Below are positions 55,300-64,000 of a DNA stretch of 64,000 nucleotides, one piece after another (the first letter of the stretch is position 1; each line of letters begins with the position of its first letter). The position numbers were made by a program, and so were the translations under genes. The notes beneath the pieces are model-generated. The model saw only the letters and a program-made list of their open reading frames with translations. It was not told the DNA's origin and ran no database searches. This stretch comes from Octopus sinensis (lineage: Eukaryota), in the NCBI RefSeq assembly GCF_006345805.1, contig NC_043004.1, positions 43,586,001-43,650,000 on the forward strand. Direction: 5' to 3'.

Positions 55300-55815
55300 T
55301 TCGGGGAAGAGGAGAATAGCCTGGCTTGGTATGTCAAAGGCAGTAAAGATGAAATGATTGAAGCAGTGAAAATGCGGGGATCCTCAAAAGTGAAGGAAGC
55401 CGTAGATCCAACACGATTTAAGAAAGACCAGAGAGAGCAGATGAAGAAAATTTGGTAGGACAAGAAAACGCAAAGTCAGATCTTGAAGAATAAAGATGGG
55501 ACCAGATATCGTGCTCATCCATAATGATGAAAAGGAAGCAAATATAATAAAATTTGCAATACCAGGCAATACGAGGGTGAAATGTAAGGAAACAGAAAAG
55601 AGTGAGAAATAGCAGCCACTACTGGAAGAAACAGGAAAGTTATGGAGCATGAGGAAAGTACTGACGATACCGGTGGTAATTGGAGCATTAGGAACAGTTT
55701 CCAAGAGCTTTGAAAAACATATCAAAAATATTGGAGCTGCGGTCAGGCTCGAAGTGATCCAGAAGACAGCCTTGTTTGGTACAGCTCGCATTCTAAGGAT
55801 AGTATTGTCATTTTG
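55300..55815 (+). mobile_element. R4/Dong-type RLE C-terminal fragment
   Basis: PDIVLI, IPVVIGALGTVSK...IQKTALFGTARILRIVL. Confidence 0.8.
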
Positions 55816-55858
55816 TGTCACAGGAGAAGGCACTACTTGAAACTTTTGGTAAATTGTT

Positions 55859-56426
55859 AATGAAAAGTAAAAACTTTTACCTTGTTATTTAACGGTCATA
55901 CCATGGTTTCAAATTTCTTTAGCAAACAGTATTACTTGCAAACCTTTAATAGATAATTTAGCAAGACAATATTATCCACCAGGCGAATTCTAGTCAGTAA
56001 CCGGCGTCAATAACTAACTTATAATTCAGAGACACGATAACACTTGTCCCATCATTATATGTTATAATTTTTCAAATATCGCGCGCAGGCGCATTTACAG
56101 TCAGCAATAAATACGATGCTTACCTGAATCTTCGAGAATGCTAAGAACATATTCATAAGACACATATATAGGGTAGCGAATATTCGTTATATATATCACC
56201 ACCCGTGTCCCAGCATGTATATATAGTCAATAGACAACATATTCATATTTTAAAATAGAAAATTACCCTTTAACAGGTAATTTTTACATGCTAGAAATAG
56301 CAGCCAACACGACCAAAACCACAGTTTAATGGCGAATTTCGAAGTAAATGAAAAATAAAAACTTTTACCTTGTTATTTAACGGTTATATCAATGGTTTCG
56401 AATTTCTTTAGCAAACAATATTACTT
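55859..56426 (-). mobile_element. Retrozyme-like element, ~488-nt monomer with ~80-nt terminal redundancy
   Basis: aatgaaaa..aaaaacttttaccttgttatttaacgg...gcaaaca.tattactt at 55859 and 56347; internal HHR. Confidence 0.7.
55893..56003 (-). ncRNA. Type I hammerhead motif with long stem II and G8U change
   Basis: cggtta CTGACTA gaatt...aattt GAAA ccatgg TA tgaccg. Confidence 0.65.
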
Positions 56427-56530
56427 TCCGTTTACTGTATTTAAGTATCTTTCTTCTAAAGCATGTATGAATCTAAATTTCAATGTTTTAATGATTTTTA
56501 TAGATGCATAATTTGTGTGAGACATTTGAT

Positions 56531-57308
56531 AATGTACAGAAATACCTCATGGAGCCTTCAAATTTTCAGCTGATTTGTTGGATAGTGGATAGCATAATTA
56601 ACGTCAAGCACGTTGTGAATTAATTTTTTTCGTTATTGATTTGACTGATACTAACTGAGTGGTAATTGTTGTAATATACTGAATATTGAATACTTTAATT
56701 TGCGTGTTAAGAAAATAGTAACATCTTAGTTTGTATGTCACCTTGTCATTCATGATTCAGTGCATTAAAAAGAAGTAATTATAACAGACATGTTTATTTT
56801 TTATTCATGAAGAGATACGGTTTAGAGAATCTTATTGTCCGGCAGTTTGGAGCATCGTAGTAAAAATGTCTGCTTCCTCCATTACATGACAATGGAACGT
56901 AGAACCGGTCGTAAGAAAAACAACTCATACAATATTGCAGTAATCTTCCTGAATTTCGCATTTCTTAGAAAAATAGTGTTGCGATAAACTAAACATGCAG
57001 CTATACATGCGATGAGAACTAGCATGAAGTGTGAAAAAGTTTTCTTTCTCAATACCTATCATAATGTAATTTACGGGTTATATGTGTTTTCTACTACGAG
57101 GGAGTTATAGTTTATCCAAGTATTGCTGTAGCAAAATGAGTATCCGTTCTGTAGTTACTGGCTATGTGAATGTACGGAAATGCCTCATAGAGTCTTCAAA
57201 ATGTCAGCTGATTTGTTGGATAGTGGATAGCATAATTAACGTCAAGCTCGTTGTGAATTAATTTTTCGTTATGGAATTGACTGATATTTACTGAGTGGTA
57301 ATTGTTGG
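56531..57308. repeat. ~140-bp direct repeat, 638 bp apart
   Basis: cagctgatttgttggatagtggatagcataattaacgtcaagc in both 56531-56671 and 57169-57308. Confidence 0.85.
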
Positions 57309-59066
57309 TAAAGAGTGGTAATATACTGGGCATTGTCATTTTAGCAAACTGGATGGAATATCAAGATATCTGGCGTAATTTCTATGGTTCTGTGATGGGT
57401 CAGGAAAAGAATGTTAATCCAAGTTTTGGACATGTGAAGATGATTTTTTTCCATAATGTTTTTCTGATTCTGTATATCATCAGAATCAAGGTTTTGCTAG
57501 CCATTTTATTAAAATAAAAAGAATGATTTTCAAGTTTCGATGTCGATACAAAATTATTGAATACACACCCCATGTTGCATTTTCGTTGACGCATCTTCTC
57601 GACCTCTCTGTAGGTATTTTCTTTAGGATGATTAGCAGTTCATCTGACATAACAGAAAGCAAAATCTGTGTCTCGGCACATGATTTTACTGCTGAGTGAT
57701 TGCAATGTGTGCAAGCAAGCTAAAGATGCACGTGTGTTACCAATTTTACATCCAGCTATTAATCATGCAACTAGCAGTTTAATCGGCTTATTGGTTAATT
57801 ATTTCATTAATATTAATAGGTATAGTATAACCAAGATCTATGTCACTGGTTATCAACACATGCTTTTTGCTAACCACTTTTGCATCCCTGACAAATAAAA
57901 TGCAATATTTTTAGTTAGATTTTCAATGTTCTTCAATTAAAATGTGTGCACAAAATTTAATATTGTCATTTTCATTCGGTACAGCTTCTGATTAATTAGT
58001 CTTTAAACTATTTCACTACGTAATTCTAGAATTCATCACTTCCAGTTACTGCTATCACTACGATATCTATGGCGAGGTAAATGCCTCATTAATATGATCA
58101 TGGTTAAATTATATTAAGTCGTTGTTTAATATTTTTTTCTTCAAAACATTTTTTTCTAATTAGTTTATTAATCGTCCCTGTTTTAAATATATACAGACTA
58201 GTTTTTTTTTTAACATTTTATTCAGGTTTCCTTAACATATTAAATCCTGCTTGGGATTTTAAATATTCTCTTAAAGTGATACAATTATTCAAATATAGCG
58301 TACAAAATGCCGTTCCTGTAATTTTATAGCGATTCAACAAAATATTCTACAATTAATCTAATTAATCTAATTGCTATTCATCAAAGGTTTTGCAGAGTTT
58401 ATTTTTTTGATTATTAATAACAACTGAATAGCTATACTCTTATTATTGGAATTTGCTTTGATACAATATTAATTAGAATCTCTTTTAACGGCCTCACTGA
58501 ATTTCGTTAACTTCGCTTATTACTCTTAGAATGAAACGAAGGATGTGATGAAGACACTATTACAGAGATATATTGACTATATTACCCACATTAATCCTAA
58601 TGGAAAATTTATAGGGAAAATATAAATATAATGATTATGCCGAAGAAAATGATTTGCATGTTTTATTTGAGCGGTTCTCTATTCTAATATGGTCTATTAA
58701 AATATATTAGCAATTTACTGTTCGTTTACGTTAGGACAGAATGCAAAATATCGGGTCATGTATCATTATTAATTTAAAATTATAAACGAAGTATAACGAT
58801 GCATTCAACATAATTTTCTGTTTAAATATATTGTTATAATATTTGGAACACGTTTCCTGTGTTCTATGCCTATTAAAATCCAGTTTCCTGAAAAAAAGAT
58901 CGTTATATCTAATGAAATGACATCTTCCTTTCAATTCTCAAATTTATAGATCAGCAACTTTTAGGATATAACTTGAATTGACCAAAAAAAGAAAAATGAA
59001 ATCAAGATTTTCACAGACAAGCCATTTAAGTTACCTTTTGTGAATATTAATATTAATTTCTTAATT

Positions 59067-59400
59067 AAGGCGGTAATCTGGCAGAATCGTTAGCACACCA
59101 AAAAACAATGTTTAGCGGTATTTCGTCCCTATTTAGAATCTGAGTTCAATTTTCGGCAAAGTCGACTTCGCATTTGAAACAAATATTAATTTCATAATTA
59201 AAGCAATGAACTGGCAGAATGGTTGTCATGATGCTTAGCGGTATTTCGTCCGTCTTTACTTATGATTTCAAATTTCGCAGAGATTGACTTTACGTTTAAT
59301 CCTTTCGGGGTCGATACAATAAGTACCAATTGATCAGTTGGGTCGATCTAATCGTCTTACCCTCTCTCCTGAAATTGCTAACCTTGAGTCGAAATTTGAA
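59067..59400 (+). mobile_element. Diverged SINE with duplicated head (Nin-like family)
   Basis: Two ctggcagaat heads and the cctttcggggtcgata core. Confidence 0.7.
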
Positions 59401-60668
59401 ATTAATATTGATATTCCCTAATTAGGTTTATGGACAAATCTCGTACGGGAATTAAATAGTCCCTTCAGAGAAAACTAGTATTGTACCTAGGTCATAGTCC
59501 TTCTTCAAACAATAATGTTTCCAAACATAGCCACCTATATAACGTTATACGACATATTAGCTATTTAAGATCGTTTTCCTGATAAATTAGCATTGGCATT
59601 TAGTCTCAAAATGCGTATGTTCATATAAATGAGATGATGAGAATGGAGATAATATGTCACTATGTTTTGTTCCTGTACGGAAAATCTAACCTTCAATGGT
59701 AGGATCGTTTGAGTATTGAATAAAATTCCTAAAAGTATTTATACTAATCTCAGCATTATGTGTTCTAATCCTGGTCAGGTAAACTTCGTTCTTCATCTAT
59801 TGAAAGACAAGAAGGAGCAGTCCAGAATTGATGGTTTACAAAATTGTTAACGCATCGGTTGGGAAAAATTGCGGTATCTGTTCTGATTCTCTCCCCTTTG
59901 AGTTCATATTCCAATCCTTTACTGAAAACCCGTCACACTCCGGTCAGGAGTTGCGACCAATAGACTGTATCAACATTTCAAAAATCTAGGGAAAAGGTTT
60001 CCTTTGTTGGACCTTTAGAATTCTGTTTTCTACGGTCAATGTATATTTTCAGTAAAATGTAAATATTTTGATTATTTATTTGCAGGTTCCTAGTCCAGGT
60101 GTTCTTAATATTCTTCCTGCTTGAGGGCATGGTCATAAATTTAACTCTCTGATATATAATGATTTCTTTGCCGCAAAAGAAACTCTCCATAAGTTCCCTC
60201 GCTCTCGGATGATATGAGTCGACGTGATACCTACAGCAATACATACACATATGTCCAAACATACACAGAGGCAAACACAGACATGCGCACATATATATTC
60301 ACGCGCACACATACACACACACAAACGAGCGCGCACTCATACACATACACAGGCATATAAAATCACAGACATATATCTATAAAAGCGTGTATATGTACAT
60401 TGTAAATGTTGAGTGCTTCATTTTCATGAAACCACATGATGTCTCAATTGTGGCTGCTTAGCAAGAAATGGGCACTGACAAATCTGAAAAATACTTGTGG
60501 TGGTTATAAACGAATAATATTTAATATATTTTTAATATCCTTGCAATGAGAATTGTAGTATATAAATTCATGTATACCAAACAGCAACTACTTAGAACCA
60601 GGATTACCGAAAAAAATAGTATACATACACAAACATATACAAACATACATACACACATACATACATAA

Positions 60669-60699
<31 letters not shown>

Positions 60700-61849
60700 C
60701 ATACATACATACATACACATACATACATAATACATACATGCATACATACATATACATACATATATATTTAAGGGTTTTATATCATAGATATAACCAATTA
60801 CTTTTGCTATGCCCATTAATGGCTTTCAGAATGTTATGAAATTCATGCAATCTAATTTTATTGTTCTTCAAAGTTGTGTCTTTGCATCTAATTAATAAAT
60901 CAATAAATATTAGATTACGTACAGTGGTTCCTGTTGGGAACGTAATTACGATCAAAACCTTTCTTTACTAGGACATATATACTTGTTATCTTCCAATCAA
61001 TTTGTAGATTAATCATAGCTACCAGTAATTGAAAAGATTTACTTAAACGTTAATTTGATGAAAATTCTAGATACGCAAATTTGCAACCACGAAACGTGTA
61101 GCTACCAAAATAAATTCGGAGGTGGTATGAATTTTAATGGCTCTAGCGTTATTTGATCTTGAAAGTTTATAAATTGGCTAATATACCACTCAATGCGTTT
61201 CACATATTCTTCTCACTTGTTTGATTTAGCCGATACTTTAAGTCATAGTATCCTTAATTTTATTCCAAGAATAGACTGAAAATCTACATATGCATAGATA
61301 TACTTGCTCAGTTGGTGTGCAAATAATATGAATATATTTAAACTTCCGTGAGGGGATTTCAATTGTTCTCAGAATGATATTTTTGAATTTGTATTATGAA
61401 GCATAGAGGAACTACTTTTGAACATAATTTCTGTTGTGCTTGCTTCTTTCTCTCCATTTAAATTAAAATAGGTATGTTGATTTCAAAACTGCAGTCAATT
61501 TTTTTCTTCCACCTCAGTTTTTTGTATTATTTGTACGTAAGTAATAGGGCTGGCCAGCTGTCTTTAAAATTTTATTTATAATACTGGGGAACATTTTTAG
61601 AAACAAAATTAGCTATGTTGTGTTTTGCAATTAGTCCTATCTAATTTGACGGTGATGTTTTCAACAATTTCTTTTACGTCAAGTTTATTTTCTGAAGCAA
61701 TGAGTTATACTTTTACCGAAAAATGTCAATTTAGCCGTCAAATGCTATCCTGAAATAAGAAACAAGCACAAACCAAATAAGACATTTTATTGTTTAAAAC
61801 ACATGTTACTCAAAATATTGAATGAACCATCTTGGGATAGAAATTTCTC

Positions 61850-62260
61850 TCCCAAAACTAGAGTTTTAGCTGTGTAAGAAGTGTGACAACTTGCATCACG
61901 AGTCTGTTTCAAACACCAGTAGTACTCAGCCATCCACTTCTGTCTTGATACCTAATCTTCATGGTCTTGATGTCTAGGTGTAATATTTCCCCTTGCTCAT
62001 CACACATTGCACTGGAATTTCAGGGAAGTAGTTCAGATGACTGAGCAGGAAATGCATTTTTATACACATGTTGCACCCCAGACCTCGAAACCTGTTTCAC
62101 TGGGCCTGCACAAGTTCTTGATATTTTGATTACTTTCCAAGAAATCAGGGACATGCGCATTAAACGCATTCCTTGCTTCTTTTACAACGCCAGACATGGT
62201 CTCCAAAAAATGCACGTCTGGCCATAGCCATGTAATCTGTGACACGTCAGATACACTAGA
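61850..62260 (-). mobile_element. DNA transposase C-terminal fragment (probably CMC/Chapaev3-like)
   Basis: GCNMCIKMHFLLSHLNYFPENSSAMCDEQGEILHLDIKTMKIRYQ; family name is recalled, not verified. Confidence 0.55.
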
Positions 62261-62454
62261 CGTAATCTTGAAATTGTCTGCTTAGATATTTGAAGCTGCC
62301 ACTGTGTCAGTATTTCACCACATGTTTTAAACACTATATGGGTTGCCCAGCCTTCGTTTTGAGAACTGAAAGAAGCCCGTCGTATATATGTATATATATA
62401 TATATATATGTGTGTGTGTATGTATGTTTGTGTGTCTGTGCTTTCTTCCATCCC

Positions 62455-62635
62455 TCAATATCGCTTGACAACCGACGCTGGTGTGTTTACGTTCCCGTGA
62501 CCTAGCGGTTCGGCCTCAGGGACCAATAGAATAAGTATTAGGCTTACAAAGAATAAGTCCTGGTGTCGATTTGCTCGACTAAATGTGGTGCTCAAGCATG
62601 GGTGCAGTCAAATGATTGAAACAAGTAAAAGAGTA
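62455..62635 (+). mobile_element. SINE 3' part
   Basis: cttgacaaccgacgctggtgtgtttacg...gcagtcaaatgattgaaacaagtaaaaga. Confidence 0.75.
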
Positions 62636-64000
62636 CTTTATGAAGCTCTTTCTACAAGTCTTTTATCATGCTTGACAAACACTGATCAATACTCGTGTGA
62701 CCTCAGAATTAAAATATTAAAGATGCATTCAAAATACAAATTTTCGTAATAAATACGTAAAGGTTCAACAAATCATGACTCATCTGATTTGCAATCATAC
62801 TTAGCGTGGCAAATCTGAGAGAAATTTCACAAATATGAGACATGTATAAATGTTTAGGACCACGTATATGTGTTGTTTATTAACATCAAATTCTATGAAG
62901 GACTCCTCTGACATCATCATGCAATTTAAAACTGGTTAGATTGAAAATAGCGAAAGTTACTCAAGTGTGATTCTTGTCATTTACTGAAGATACTTCAAAC
63001 ATAACTCTTGTTTTCCTTTTCGAGGTTGAATTTTAAATGATATTAAAAAAAAATTGTGATGTCAATTTCCACACATGGGCATGCAATTGGTGGAACGAAA
63101 TTTATCCTACCGGGATTGTTGAAAAGTATACATTCCAGTTTATGTAAAACCATGATGTGACAGACCAAAATGGACTTAATTTTTCAAATTAGCACCCCTA
63201 AATATCTCCAACACCAGACAATAAAAAACATAATCCACAGTGTAATATATCAAGCTATTGATTGCTGTATTATTAGGATTTATGACTTAGGTGTCAATGT
63301 TAAGAAAGAATATTCGAACGAACTGAAGTATTCAGAATATATAAAGTAACAATTGTGTCGTGTTTATAACAGCCTAAATAAAGAACAAGGTAAACGATCG
63401 AGATAATGCAGCAAATATCACAACTGTTAGTAGTAAAATACTAGACATTAGACTTTGCAGCCTCGTGCTTGAAAATGTATTGGGAAAATGTTTTGTGGAG
63501 GATGGAGAGTAGTTTCCAGCATTTAAAAGTAAGTATAGAGTTTAAAACAATGGTGACAATGTTCATGGTTTGGGCATACTTGTAACCATTATCCACAAAC
63601 GATCAACCTGACTCTACGCCAAAGACGCAGTGAATATTTTGCAGATTTGGAATTTGGTGTTCTAGTTCGTGCACCATAACAGACGAAGATTGCCGAAGTG
63701 AGATATTGTGGAAGTTTTAGTGCACGGGATTTTAAAATATAGAAACATAGGAAAAATGAACGGCATTGTTTTCAAAGGGATTGGAGAGACTGATATTATT
63801 TATGGAGACCTTTGAACAAAACGGAAAGGCGTGATATACATAGCATTATAAGGAAAATTGGAATATGTTGCTGTAAAAACCCAATGTGACGTTCCGTTGA
63901 TTAATATGTTGGAGGTGTTGCAGTTGTCATTATATCAACCTATATAGGGGGGAACGCGCCAATCAAAACCTCAAAATCTCTATTTCCTTGTCGCTTGTGA

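Overview
AT-rich eukaryotic non-coding DNA that is almost entirely repeats. It is probably a cephalopod/octopus-like genome, inferred from its SINE types and (TA)n/(CA)n density. No intact host protein-coding gene is visible: the ORF track is microsatellite noise or decayed transposon fragments. Recognisable elements are several Penelope-like elements (PLE; RT and GIY-YIG fragments), a CR1-type LINE, R4/Dong-type and RTE-like fragments, many tRNA-derived SINEs, Tc1/mariner and other MITEs, a Helitron end and a 100-N gap. The most notable signal is a dense set of type I hammerhead ribozyme (HHR) motifs carried by several unrelated small tandem or fold-back repeats (retrozyme/PLE pseudo-LTR-like). 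One is a ~360-370 nt tandem-plus-inverted array at 28.0-29.3 kb whose HHR has a compensated U3-A8 core (UUGAAAA instead of CUGANGA) and a Schistosoma-like stem I bulge/loop II architecture. All alignments and folds were done by eye and coordinates of decayed elements are approximate.
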